Shown here in pieces: positions 48,490 to 63,400 of a stretch of 64,000 nt of DNA. Where the stretch lies: NCBI RefSeq assembly GCF_964204645.1, contig NC_134033.1, positions 6,782,231 through 6,846,230 on the forward strand, given 5' to 3'. This DNA is from Tubulanus polymorphus (Eukaryota > Animalia > Nemertea). The position numbers and the translations under genes were made by a program. The notes under the pieces were generated by a model that was not told where the DNA came from, made no database searches, and saw nothing but the letters and a program-made list of their open reading frames with translations. Each line of letters begins with the position of its first letter. The stretch's first letter is position 1.

Positions 48490-51400
48490 AGAGAACGTCT
48501 TTTCTCGCGCTGAAATTTTCGGGTCGAAAAGTGCTTTTCCTGATGATTTGAGCGCTTTTACGCATCGACATTGTCGTTTTTTCGATAGGAGGAAAATCTG
48601 ATGAGAAAACGTCTTTTCTCGCGCCGAACGACGTTTTCGGGTCGAAAAGTGCTTTTCCTAATGATTTGAGCGCTTTAACGCATTGACATTTTCATTTTTT
48701 GGATACGGGGAAAATTTGATAAGAAAACGTATTTTCTCGCGCTGAATGACGTTTTCGTGTTGATTAGTGCTTTTCCTGACGATTTGAGCGCTTTTACGCA
48801 TCGATATTGTCATTTTTGCGATAGGGGGAACATTTGATGGGAAAACGTCTTTTCTAGCGATGAACGAAGTTTTCGTATCGAAAAGTGCTTTTCCTAAAGA
48901 TTTGAGAGCTTTTACGCATCGACATTGTCATTATTCCGATAGGGGGAAAATTTGAAAAGAAAACGTCTTTTCTCGCGCTGAATGACGTTTTCGTGTCGAA
49001 AAGTGCTTTTCCTGACGATTTGAGCGCTTTTACGCATCGTTATATTTTCATTTTTTTGGATACGGGGAAAATTTGATAAGGAAACGTCTTTTCTCGCGAT
49101 GAACCACGTTTTCGGGTCGAAAAGTGCTTTTCCTGACGATTTGAGCGCTTTTACGCATCGTTATATTTTCTTTTTTTGGATACGGGGAATATTTGATACG
49201 AAAACGTCTTTTCTCGCGCTGAACGACGTTTTCGGGTCGAAAAGTGCTTTTCCTGACGATTTGAGTGCTTTTACGCATCGATATTGTCATTTTTCCGATA
49301 TGGGGAAATATTTGATACGAAAACGTCTTTTCTCGAGCTGAACGACGTTTTCGTGTCGAAAAGCTCTTTTCCTGACGATTTGAGCGCTTTTACGCATCGA
49401 CTTTGTCGTTTTTCCGATATGGGGAAATATTTGATACGAAAACGTCTTTTCTCGCGCTGAACGACGTTTTCGGTTCGAAAAGTGCTTTTCCTGACGATTG
49501 GAGGGCTTTTACGCATCGACATTTTCGTTTTTCCGATAGGGGGAATATTTGATACGAAAACGTCTTTTCTCGCGCTGAACGACGTTTTCGGGTCGAAAAG
49601 TGCTTTTCCTGACGATTTGAGCGCTTTTACGGATCGACATTGTCGTTTTTTCCGATAGGGGGAATATTCGATACGAAAACGTCTTTTCTAGCGCTGAACG
49701 ACGTATTCGGGTCGAAAAGTGCTTTTCTTGACGATTGGAGGGCTTTTACGCATCGACATTTTCCTTTTCCCGATAGGGAGAATATTTGATACGAAAACGT
49801 CTTTTCTCGCGCTGAACGACGTTTTCGGGTCGAAAAGTGCTTTTCTTGACAATTGGAGGGCTTTTACGCATCGACATTTTCGTTTTTCCGATAGGGGGAA
49901 TATTTGATACGAAAGCGTCTTGTTGGCGCTGAACGACGTTTTCAGGTCGAAAAGTGCTTTTCCTGACGATTTGAGCGCTTTTACGCATCGACATTGTCGT
50001 TTATTCCGATAGGGGGAATATTTGATACGAAGACGTCTTTTCTCGCGCTGAACGACGTTTACGTGTCGAAAAGCTCTTTTCCTGACGATTTGAGCGCTTT
50101 TACGCATCGACTTTGTCGTTTTTCCGATATGGGGAAATATTTGATACGAAAACGTCTTTTCTCGCGCTGAACGACGTTTTCGGTTCGAAAAGTGCTTTTC
50201 TTGACGATTGGAGGGCTTTTACGCATCGACATTGTCGTTTTTTTCCGATAGGGGGAATATTTGATACGAAGACGTCTTTTCTCGCGCTGAACGACATTTT
50301 CCTGTCGAAAAGTGCTTTTCCTGACGATTGGAGGGCTTTTACGCATCGACATTTTCGTTTTTCCGATAGGGGAATCTTCGATACGAAAACGTCTTTCTAG
50401 CGCTGAACGACGTATTCGTGTCGAAAAGCTATTTTCCTGACGATTTGAGCGCTTTTACGCATCGACATTGTCGTTTTTCCGATAGGGGAATCTTCGATAC
50501 GAAAACGTCTTTCTAGCGCTGAACGACGTATTCGTGTCGAAAAGCTCTTTTCCTGACGATTTGAGCGCTTTTACGCATCGACATTTTCCTTTTCCCGATA
50601 GGTGGAATATTTGATACGAAAACGTCTTTTCTCGCGCTGAACGACGTTTTCGGGTCGAAAAGTGCTTTTCCTGACGATTTGAACGCTTTTACGCATCGAC
50701 ATTGTCGTTTTTCCTATAGGTGGAAAATTTGATACGAAAACGTCTTTTCTCGCGCTGAACGACGTTTTGGGGTCGAAAAGTGCTTTTACTGACGATTTGA
50801 GCGCTTTTACGCATCGACATTGTCGTTTTTTCCGATAGGGGGAATATTTGATACGAAAACGTCTTTTCTCGCGCTGAACGACGTTTTCGTGTCGAAAAGC
50901 TCGTTTCCTGACGATTTGAGCGCTTTTACGCATCGACATTGTCGTTTTTCCGATATGGGGAAATATCTGATACGAAAACGTCTTTTCTCGCGCTGAATGA
51001 CGTTTTCGTGTTGATTAGTGCTTTTCCTGACGATTTGAGCGCTTTTATGCATCGATATTGTCATTTTTGCGATAGGGGGAACATTTGATGGGAAAACGTC
51101 TTTTCTAGCGATGAACGAAGTTTTCGTATCGAAAAGTGCTTTTCCTAAAGATTTGAGAGCTTTTACGCATCGACATTGTCATTATTCCGATAGGGGGAAA
51201 ATTTGAAAAGAAAACGTCTTTTCTCGCGCTGAATGACGTTTTCGTGTCGAAAAGTGCTTTTCCTGACGATTTGAGCGCTTTTACGCATCGTTATATTTTC
51301 ATTTTTTGGATACGGGGAAAATTTGATAAGGAAACGTCTTTTCTCGCGATGAACCACGTTTTCGGGTCGAAAAGTGCTTTTCCTGACGATTTGAGCGCTT

Positions 51401-54400
51401 TTACGCATCGTTATATTTTCTTTTTTTGGATACGGGGAAAATTTGATAAGAAAACGTCTTTTCTCGCGATGAACGAGCTTTCCTGGTCGAAAAGTGCTTT
51501 TCCTGACGATTTGAGCGCTGTTACGCATCGACATTGTCGTTTTTCCGATATGGGGAAATATTTGATACGAAAACGTCTTTTCTCGCGCTGAACGACGTTT
51601 TCGGGTCGAAAAGTGCTTTTCCTGACGATTGGAGGGCTTTTACGCATCGACATTTTCGTTTTTCCGATAGGGGGAATATTTGATACGAGAACGTCTTTTC
51701 TCGCGGTGAACTACGTTTTCGGGTCGAAAAGAGCTTTCCTGACGATTTGAGCGCTTTTACGCATCGACATTTTCCTTTTCCCGATAGGGGAATATTTGAT
51801 ACGAAAACGTCTTTTCTCGCGCTGAACGACGTTTTCGGGTCGAAAAGTGCTTTTCCTGACGATTTGAGTGCTTTTACGCATCGATATTGTCATTTTTCCG
51901 ATATGGGGAAATATTTGATACGAAAACGTCTTTTCTCGAGCTGAACGACGTTTTCGTGTCGAAAAGCTCTTTTCCTGACGATTTGAGCGCTTTTACGCAT
52001 CGACTTTGTCGTTTTTCCGATATGGGGAAATATTTGATACGAAAACGTCTTTTCTCGCGCTGAACGACGTTTTCGGTTCGAAAAGTGCTTTTCCTGACGA
52101 TTGGAGGGCTTTTACGCATCGACATTTTCGTTTTTCCGATAGGGGGAATATTTGATACGAAAACGTCTTTTCTCGCGCTGAACGACGTTTTCGGGTCGAA
52201 AAGTGCTTTTCCTGACGATTTGAGCGCTTTTACGGATCGACATTGTCGTTTTTTCCGATAGGGGGAATATTCGATACGAAAACGTCTTTTCTAGCGCTGA
52301 ACGACGTATTCGGGTCGAAAAGTGCTTTTCTTGACGATTGGAGGGCTTTTACGCATCGACATTTTCGTTTTTCCGATAGGGGGAATATTTGATACGAAAG
52401 CGTCTTGTTGGCGCTGAACGACGTTTTCAGGTCGAAAAGTGCTTTTCCTGACGATTTGAGCGCTTTTACGCATCGACATTGTCGTTTATTCCGATAGGGG
52501 GAATATTTGATACGAAGACGTCTTTTCTCGCGCTGAACGACGTTTACGTGTCGAAAAGCTCTTTTCCTGACGATTTGAGCGCTTTTACGCATCGACTTTG
52601 TCGTTTTTCCGATATGGGGAAATATTTGATACGAAAACGTCTTTTCTCGCGCTGAACGACGTTTTCGGTTCGAAAAGTGCTTTTCTTGACGATTGGAGGG
52701 CTTTTACGCATCGACATTGTCGTTTATTCCGATAGGGGGAATATTTGATACGAAGACGTCTTTTCTCGCGCTGAACGACGTTTACGTGTCGAAATGCTCT
52801 TTTCCTGACGATTTGAGCGCTTTTACGCATCGACTTTGTCGTGTTTCCGATAGGGGGAATATTTGATACGAAAACGTCTTTTCTCGCGCTGAACGACGTT
52901 TTCGAGTCGAAAAGCTATTTTCCTGACGATTTGAGCGCTTTTACGCATCGACATTTTCATTTTCCCGATAGGGAGAATATTTGATACGAAAACGTCTTTT
53001 CTTGCGCTGAACGACGTTTTCGGGTCGAAAAGCTCTTTTCCTGACAATTTGAGCGCTTTTACGCATCGACATTTTCCTTTTCCCGATAGGGAGAATATTT
53101 GATACGAAAACGCCTTTTCTCGCGCTGAACGACGTTTTCGGGTCGAAAAGTGCTTTTCTTGACGATTGGAGGGCTTTTACGCATCGACATTTTCGTTTTT
53201 CCGATAGGGGGAATATTTGATACGAAAGCGTCTTGTTGGCGCTGAACGACGTTTTCAGGTCGAAAAGTGCTTTTCCTGACGATTTGAGCGCTTTTACGCA
53301 TCGACATTGTCGTTTATTCCGATAGGGGGAATATTTGATACGAAGACGTCTTTTCTCGCGCTGAACGACGTTTACGTGTCGAAAAGCTCTTTTCCTGACG
53401 ATTTGAGCGCTTTTACGCATCGACTTTGTCGTTTTTCCGATATGGGGAAATATTTGATACGAAAACGTCTTTTCTCGCGCTGAACGACGTTTTCGGTTCG
53501 AAAAGTGCTTTTCTTGACGATTGGAGGGCTTTTACGCATCGACATTGTCGTTTTTTTCCGATAGGGGGAATATTTGATACGAAGACGTCTTTTCTCGCGC
53601 TGAACGACATTTTCCTGTCGAAAAGTGCTTTTCCTGACGATTGGAGGGCTTTTACGCATCGACATTTTCGTTTTTCCGATAGGGGAATCTTCGATACGAA
53701 AACGTCTTTCTAGCGCTGAACGACGTATTCGTGTCGAAAAGCTATTTTCCTGACGATTTGAGCGCTTTTACGCATCGACATTGTCGTTTTTCCGATAGGG
53801 GAATCTTCGATACGAAAACGTCTTTCTAGCGCTGAACGACGTATTCGTGTCGAAAAGCTCTTTTCCTGACGATTTGAGCGCTTTTACGCATCGACATTTT
53901 CCTTTTCCCGATAGGTGGAATATTTGATACGAAAACGTCTTTTCTCGCGCTGAACGACGTTTTCGGGTCGAAAAGTGCTTTTCCTGACGATTTGAACGCT
54001 TTTACGCATCGAAATTGTCGTTTTTCCTATAGGTGGAAAATTTGATACGAAAACGTCTTTTCTCGCGCTGAACGACGTTTTGGGGTCGAAAAGTGCTTTT
54101 ACTGACGATTTGAGCGCTTTTACGCATCGACATTGTCGTTTTTTCCGATAGGGGGAATATTTGATACGAAAACGTCTTTTCTCGCGCTGAACGACGTTTT
54201 CGTGTCGAAAAGCTCGTTTCCTGACGATTTGAGCGCTTTTACGCATCGACATTGTCGTTTTTCCGATATGGGGAAATATCTGATACGAAAACGTCTTTTC
54301 TCGCGCTGAATGACGTTTTCGTGTTGATTAGTGCTTTTCCTGACGATTTGAGCGCTTTTATGCATCGATATTGTCATTTTTGCGATAGGGGGAACATTTG

Positions 54401-57400
54401 ATGGGAAAACGTCTTTTCTAGCGATGAACGAAGTTTTCGTATCGAAAAGTGCTTTTCCTAAAGATTTGAGAGCTTTTACGCATCGACATTGTCATTATTC
54501 CGATAGGGGGAAAATTTGAAAAGAAAACGTCTTTTCTCGCGCTGAATGACGTTTTCGTGTCGAAAAGTGCTTTTCCTGACGATTTGAGCGCTTTTACGCA
54601 TCGTTATATTTTCATTTTTTGGATACGGGGAAAATTTGATAAGGAAACGTCTTTTCTCGCGATGAACCACGTTTTCGGGTCGAAAAGTGCTTTTCCTGAC
54701 GATTTGAGCGCTTTTACGCATCGTTATATTTTCTTTTTTTGGATACGGGGAAAATTTGATAAGAAAACGTCTTTTCTCGCGATGAACGAGCTTTCCTGGT
54801 CGAAAAGTGCTTTTCCTGACGATTTGAGCGCTGTTACGCATCGACATTGTCGTTTTTCCGATATGGGGAAATATTTGATACGAAAACGTCTTTTCTCGCG
54901 CTGAACGACGTTTTCGGGTCGAAAAGTGCTTTTCCTGACGATTGGAGGGCTTTTACGCATCGACATTTTCGTTTTTCCGATAGGGGGAATATTTGATACG
55001 AGAACGTCTTTTCTCGCGGTGAACTACGTTTTCGGGTCGAAAAGAGCTTTCCTGACGATTTGAGCGCTTTTACGCATCGACATTTTCCTTTTCCCGATAG
55101 GGGAATATTTGATACGAAAACGTCTTTTCTCGCGCTGAACGACGTTTTCGGGTCGAAAAGTGCTTTTCCTGACGATTTGAGTGCTTTTACGCATCGATAT
55201 TGTCATTTTTCCGATATGGGGAAATATTTGATACGAAAACGTCTTTTCTCGAGCTGAACGACGTTTTCGTGTCGAAAAGCTCTTTTCCTGACGATTTGAG
55301 CGCTTTTACGCATCGACTTTGTCGTTTTTCCGATATGGGGAAATATTTGATACGAAAACGTCTTTTCTCGCGCTGAACGACGTTTTCGGTTCGAAAAGTG
55401 CTTTTCCTGACGATTGGAGGGCTTTTACGCATCGACATTTTCGTTTTTCCGATAGGGGGAATATTTGATACGAAAACGTCTTTTCTCGCGCTGAACGACG
55501 TTTTCGGGTCGAAAAGTGCTTTTCCTGACGATTTGAGCGCTTTTACGGATCGACATTGTCGTTTTTTCCGATAGGGGGAATATTCGATACGAAAACGTCT
55601 TTTCTAGCGCTGAACGACGTATTCGGGTCGAAAAGTGCTTTTCTTGACGATTGGAGGGCTTTTACGCATCGACATTTTCGTTTTTCCGATAGGGGGAATA
55701 TTTGATACGAAAGCGTCTTGTTGGCGCTGAACGACGTTTTCAGGTCGAAAAGTGCTTTTCCTGACGATTTGAGCGCTTTTACGCATCGACATTGTCGTTT
55801 ATTCCGATAGGGGGAATATTTGATACGAAGACGTCTTTTCTCGCGCTGAACGACGTTTACGTGTCGAAATGCTCTTTTCCTGACGATTTGAGCGCTTTTA
55901 CGCATCGACTTTGTCGTTTTTCCGATATGGGGAAATATTTGATACGAAAACGTCTTTTCTCGCGCTGAACGACGTTTTCGGTTCGAAAAGTGCTTTTCTT
56001 GACGATTGGAGGGCTTTTACGCATCGACATTGTCGTTTATTCCGATAGGGGGAATATTTGATACGAAGACGTCTTTTCTCGCGCTGAACGACGTTTACGT
56101 GTCGAAATGCTCTTTTCCTGACGATTTGAGCGCTTTTACGCATCGACTTTGTCGTGTTTCCGATAGGGGGAATATTTGATACGAAAACGTCTTTTCTCGC
56201 GCTGAACGACGTTTTCGAGTCGAAAAGCTATTTTCCTGACGATTTGAGCGCTTTTACGCATCGACATTTTCATTTTCCCGATAGGGAGAATATTTGATAC
56301 GAAAACGTCTTTTCTTGCGCTGAACGACGTTTTCGGGTCGAAAAGCTCTTTTCCTGACAATTTGAGCGCTTTTACGCATCGACATTTTCCTTTTCCCGAT
56401 AGGGAGAATATTTGATACGAAAACGCCTTTTCTCGCGCTGAACGACGTTTTCGGGTCGAAAAGTGCTTTTCTTGACGATTGGAGGGCTTTTACGCATCGA
56501 CATTTTCGTTTTTCCGATAGGGGGAATATTTGATACGAAAGCGTCTTGTTGGCGCTGAACGACGTTTTCAGGTCGAAAAGTGCTTTTCCTGACGATTTGA
56601 GCGCTTTTACGCATCGACATTGTCGTTTATTCCGATAGGGGGAATATTTGATACGAAGACGTCTTTTCTCGCGCTGAACGACGTTTACGTGTCGAAAAGC
56701 TCTTTTCCTGACGATTTGAGCGCTTTTACGCATCGACTTTGTCGTTTTTCCGATATGGGGAAATATTTGATACGAAAACGTCTTTTCTCGCGCTGAACGA
56801 CGTTTTCGGTTCGAAAAGTGCTTTTCTTGACGATTGGAGGGCTTTTACGCATCGACATTGTCGTTTTTTTCCGATAGGGGGAATATTTGATACGAAGACG
56901 TCTTTTCTCGCGCTGAACGACATTTTCCTGTCGAAAAGTGCTTTTCCTGACGATTGGAGGGCTTTTACGCATCGACATTTTCGTTTTTCCGATAGGGGAA
57001 TCTTCGATACGAAAACGTCTTTCTAGCGCTGAACGACGTATTCGTGTCGAAAAGCTATTTTCCTGACGATTTGAGCGCTTTTACGCATCGACATTGTCGT
57101 TTTTCCGATAGGGGAATCTTCGATACGAAAACGTCTTTCTAGCGCTGAACGACGTATTCGTGTCGAAAAGCTCTTTTCCTGACGATTTGAGCGCTTTTAC
57201 GCATCGACATTTTCCTTTTCCCGATAGGTGGAATATTTGATACGAAAACGTCTTTTCTCGCGCTGAACGACGTTTTCGGGTCGAAAAGTGCTTTTCCTGA
57301 CGATTTGAACGCTTTTACGCATCGAAATTGTCGTTTTTCCTATAGGTGGAAAATTTGATACGAAAACGTCTTTTCTCGCGCTGAACGACGTTTTGGGGTC

Positions 57401-60400
57401 GAAAAGTGCTTTTACTGACGATTTGAGCGCTTTTACGCATCGACATTGTCGTTTTTTCCGATAGGGGGAATATTTGATACGAAAACGTCTTTTCTCGCGC
57501 TGAACGACGTTTTCGTGTCGAAAAGCTCGTTTCCTGACGATTTGAGCGCTTTTACGCATCGACATTGTCGTTTTTCCGATATGGGGAAATATCTGATACG
57601 AAAACGTCTTTTCTCGCGCTGAATGACGTTTTCGTGTTGATTAGTGCTTTTCCTGACGATTTGAGCGCTTTTATGCATCGATATTGTCATTTTTGCGATA
57701 GGGGGAACATTTGATGGGAAAACGTCTTTTCTAGCGATGAACGAAGTTTTCGTATCGAAAAGTGCTTTTCCTAAAGATTTGAGAGCTTTTACGCATCGAC
57801 ATTGTCATTATTCCGATAGGGGGAAAATTTGAAAAGAAAACGTCTTTTCTCGCGCTGAATGACGTTTTCGTGTCGAAAAGTGCTTTTCCTGACGATTTGA
57901 GCGCTTTTACGCATCGTTATATTTTCATTTTTTGGATACGGGGAAAATTTGATAAGGAAACGTCTTTTCTCGCGATGAACCACGTTTTCGGGTCGAAAAG
58001 TGCTTTTCCTGACGATTTGAGCGCTTTTACGCATCGTTATATTTTCTTTTTTTGGATACGGGGAAAATTTGATAAGAAAACGTCTTTTCTCGCGATGAAC
58101 GAGCTTTCCTGGTCGAAAAGTGCTTTTCCTGACGATTTGAGCGCTGTTACGCATCGACATCGTCGTTTTTCCGATATGGGGAAATATTTGATACGAAAAC
58201 GTCTTTTCTCGCGCTGAACGACGTTTTCGGGTCGAAAAGTGCTTTTCCTGACGATTGGAGGGCTTTTACGCATCGACATTTTCGTTTTTCCGATAGGGGG
58301 AATATTTGATACGAGAACGTCTTTTCTCGCGGTGAACTACGTTTTCGGGTCGAAAAGAGCTTTCCTGACGATTTGAGCGCTTTTACGCATCGACATTTTC
58401 CTTTTCCCGATAGGGGAATATTTGATACGAAAACGTCTTTTCTCGCGCTGAACGACGTTTTCGGGTCGAAAAGTGCTTTTCCTGACGATTTGAGTGCTTT
58501 TACGCATCGACATTGTCATTTTTCCGATATGGGGAAATATTTGATACGAAAACGTCTTTTCTCGCGCTGAACGACGTTTTCGGGTCGAAAAGTGCTTTTC
58601 CTGACAATTGGAGGGCTTTTACGCTTCGACATTTTCGTTTTTCCGATAGGGGGAATATTTGATACGAAAACGTCTTTTCTCGCGCTGAACGACGTTTTCG
58701 GGTCGAAAAGTGCTTTTCCTGACGATTAGAGCGCTTTTACGCATCGACATTTTCGTTTTTCCGATAAGGGGAAAATTTGATACGAAAACGTCTTATCTCG
58801 AGCTGAACGACGTTTTCGTGTCGAAAAGCTCTTTTCTTGACGATTTGAGCGCTTTTACGCATCGACATTGTCGTTTTTTCCGATAGGGGGAATATTTGAT
58901 ACGAAAACGTCTTTTCTCGCGCTGAACGACGTTTTCGGTTCGAAAAGTGCTTTTCCTGACGATTGGAGGGTTTTTACGCACCGACATTTTCGTTTTTCCG
59001 ATAGGGGGAATATTTGATACGAAAACGTCTTTTCTCGCGCTGAACGACGTTTTCGGGTCGAAAAGTGCTTTTCCTGACGATTAGAGCGCTTTTACGCATC
59101 GACATTTTCGTTTTTCCGATAAGGGGAAAATTTGATACGAAAACGTCTTATCTCGAGCTGAACGACGTTTTCGTGTCGAAAAGCTCTTTTCCTGACGATT
59201 TGAGCGCTTTTACGCATCGACATTGTCGTTTTTTCCGATAGGGGGAATATTTGATACGAAAACGTCTTTTCTCGCGCTGAACGACGTTTTCGGTTCGAAA
59301 AGTGCTTTTCCTGACGATTGGAGGGTTTTTACGCACCGACATTTTCGTTTTTCCGATAGGGGGAATATTTGATACGAAAACCTCTTTTCTCGCGCTGAAC
59401 GACGTTTTCGGGTCGAAAAGTGCTTTTCCTGACGATTTGAGCGCTTTTACGGATCGACATTGTCGTTTTTTCCGATAGGGGGAATATTCGATACGAAAAC
59501 GTCTTTGCTAGCGCTGAACGACGTATTCGTGTCGAAAAGCTCTTTTCCTGACGATTTGAGCGCTTTTACGCATCGAAATTTTCCTTTTCCCGATAGGGAG
59601 AATATTTGATACGAAAACGTCTTTTCTCGCGCTGAACGACGTTTTCGGGTCGAAAAGTGCTTTTCTTGACGATTGGAGGGCTTTTACGCATCGACATTTT
59701 CGTTTTTCCGATAGGGGGAATATTTGATACGAAAGCGTCTTGTTGGCGCTGAACGACGTTTTCAGTTCGAAAAGTGCTTTTCCTGACGATTTGAGCGCTT
59801 TTACGCATCGACATTGTCGTTTATTCCGATAGGGGGAATATTTGATACGAAGACGTCTTTTCTCGCGCTGAACGACGTTTACGTGTCGAAAAGCTCTTTT
59901 CCTGACGATTTGAGCGCTTTTACGCATCGACTTTGTCGTTTTTCCGATATGGGGAAATATTTGATACGAAAACGTCTTTTCTCGCGCTGAACGACGTTTT
60001 CGGTTCGAAAAGTGCTTTTCTTGACGATTGGAGGGCTTTTACATATCGACATTGTCGTTTATTCCGATAGGGGGAATATTTGATACGAAGACGTCTTTTC
60101 TCGCGCTGAACGACGTTTACGTGTCGAAAAGCTCTTTTCCTGACGATTTGAGCGCTTTTACGCATCGACTTTGTCGTGTTTCCGATAGGGGGAATATTTG
60201 ATACGAAAACGTCTTTTCTCGCGCTGAACGACGTTTTCGAGTCGAAAAGCTATTTTCCTGACGATTTGAGCGCTTTTACGCATCGACATTTTCATTTTAG
60301 CGATGGGGAGAATATTTGATACGAAAACGTCTTTTCTCGCGCTGAACGACGTTTTCGGGTCGAAAAGCCCTTTTCCTGACGATTTGAGCGCTTTTACGCA

Positions 60401-63400
60401 TCGACATTTTCCTTTTCCCGATAGGGAGAATATTTGATACGAAAACGTCTTTTCTCGCGCTGAACGACGTTTTCAGGTCGAAAAGTGCTTTTCCTGACGA
60501 TTTGAGCGCTTTTACGCATCGACATTGTCGTTTATTCCGATAGGGGGAATATTTGATACGAAGACGTCTTTTCTCGCGCTGAACGACGTTTAAGTGTCGA
60601 AAAGCTCTTTTCCTGACGATTTGAGCGCTTTTACGCATCGACTTTGTCGTTTTTCCGATATGGGGAAATATTTGATACGAAAACGTCTTTTCTCGCGCTG
60701 AACGACGTTTTCGGTTCGAAAAGTCCTTTTCTTGACGATTGGAGGGCTTTTACGCATCGACATTGTCGTTTTTTCCGATAGGGGGAATATTTGATACGAA
60801 GACGTCTTTTCTCGCGCTGAACGACATTTTCCTGTCGAAAAGTGCTTTTCCTGACGATTGGAGGGCTTTTACGCATCGACATTTTCGTTTTTCCGATAGG
60901 GGGTATATTTGATACGAAAACGTCTTTCTCGCGCTGAACGACGTTTTCGGGTCGAAAAGTGCTTTTCCTGACGATTTGAGCGCTTTTACGCATTGACATT
61001 GTCGTTTTTCCGATAGGGGAATATTCGATACGAAAACGTCTTTCTAGCGCTGAACGACGTATTCGTGTCGAAAAGCTCTTCTCCTGACGATTTGAGCGCT
61101 TTTACGCATCGACATTTTCCCTTTCCCGATAGGTGGAATATTTGATACGAAAACGTCTTTTCTCGCGCTGAACGACGTTTTCGGGTCGAAAAGTGCTTTT
61201 CCTGACGATTTGAGCGCTTTTACGCATCGACATTGTCGTTTTTCCTATAGGTGGAAAATTTGATACGAAAACGTCTTTTCTCGCGCTGAACGACGTTTTG
61301 GGGTCGAAAAGTGCTTTTACTGACGATTTGAGCGCTTTTACGCATCGACATTGTCGTTTTTTCCGATAGGGGGAATATTTGATACGAAAACGTCTTTTCT
61401 CGCGCTGAACGACGTTTTCGGGTCGAAAAGTGCTTTTCCTGACGATTTGAGTGCTTTTACGCATCGACATTGTCATTTTTCCGATATGGGGAAATATTTG
61501 ATACGAAAACGTCTTTTCTCGCGCTGAACGACGTTTTCGGGTCGAAAAATGCTTTTCCTGACAATTGGAGGGCTTTTACGCTTCGACATTTTCGTTTTTC
61601 CGATAGGGGGAATATTTGATACGAAAACGTCTTTTCTCGCGCTGAACGACGTTTTCGGGTCGAAAAGTGCTTTTCCTGACGATTAGAGCGCTTTTACGCA
61701 TCGACATTTTCGTTTTTCCGATAAGGGGAAAATTTGATATGAAAACGTCTTATCTCGAGCTGAACGACGTTTTCGTGTCGAAAAGCTCTTTTCCTGACGA
61801 TTTGAGCGCTTTTACGCATCGACTTTGTCGTTTTTCCGATATGGGGAAATATTTGATACGAAAACGTCTTTTCTCGCGCTGAACGACGTTTTCGGTTCGA
61901 AAAGTGCTTTTCCTGACGATTTGAGCGCTTTTACGCATCGACATTTTCCTTTTCCCGATAGGGAGAATATTTGATACGAAAACGTCTTTTCTAGCGCTGA
62001 ACGACGTTTTCGGGTCGAAAAGTGCTTTTCCTGACGATTTGAGCGCTTTTACGCATCGACATTGTCGTTTTTTTCCGATAGGGGGAATATTTGATACGAA
62101 AACGTCTTTTCTCGCGCTGAACGACGTTTTCGGGTCGAAAAGCTCTTTTCCTGACGATTTGAGCGCTTTTACGCATCGACATTGTCGTTTTTCCGATATG
62201 GGGAAATATTTGATACGAAAACGTCTTTTCTCGCGCTGAACGACGTTTTCGTGTCGAAAAGTGTTTTTCCTGACGATTTGAGCGCTTTTACGCATCGACT
62301 TTGTCGTTTTTTCCGATAGGGGGAATATTTGATACGAAAACGTCTTTTCTCGCGCTGAACGACGTTTTCGGGTCGAAAAGTGCTTTTCCTGACGATTTGA
62401 GCGCTTTTACGCATCGACATTGTCGTTTTTTTCCGATAGGGGGAATATTTGATACGAAAACGTCTTTTCTCGCGCTGAACGACGTTTTCGGGTCGAAAAG
62501 CTCTTACTTGACGATTTGAGCGCTTTTACGCATCGACATTGTCGTTTATTCCGATAGGGGGAATATTTGATACGAAGACGTCTTTTCTCGCGCTGAACGA
62601 CGTTTACGTGTCGAAAAGCTCTTTTCCTGACGATTTGAGCGCTTTTACGCATCGACTTTGTCGTTTTTCCGATATGGGGAAATATTTGATACGAAAACGT
62701 CTTTTCTCGCGCTGAACGACGTTTTCGGTTCGAAAAGTGCTTTTCTTGACGATTGGAGGGCTTTTACATATCGACATTGTCGTTTATTCCGATAGGGGGA
62801 ATATTTGATACGAAGACGTCTTTTCTCGCGCTGAACGACGTTTACGTGTCGAAAAGCTCTTTTCCTGACGATTTGAGCGCTTTTACGCATCGACTTTGTC
62901 GTGTTTCCGATAGGGGGAATATTTGATACGAAAACGTCTTTTCTCGCGCTGAACGACGTTTTCGAGTCGAAAAGCTATTTTCCTGACGATTTGAGCGCTT
63001 TTACGCATCGACATTTTCATTTTAGCGATGGGGAGAATATTTGATACGAAAACGTCTTTTCTCGCGCTGAACGACGTTTTCGGGTCGAAAAGCTCTTTTC
63101 CTGACGATTTGAGCGCTTTTACGCATCGACATTTTCCTTTTCCCGATAGGGAGAATATTTGATACGAAAACGTCTTTTCTCGCGCTGAACGACGTTTTCG
63201 GGTCGAAAAGTGCTTTTCTTGACGATTGGAGGGCTTTTACGCATCGACATTTTCGTTTTTCCGATAGGGGGAATATTTGATACGAAAGCGTCTTGTTGGC
63301 GCTGAACGACGTTTTCAGGTCGAAAAGTGCTTTTCCTGACGATTTGAGCGCTTTTACGCATCGACATTGTCGTTTATTCCGATAGGGGGAATATTTGATA

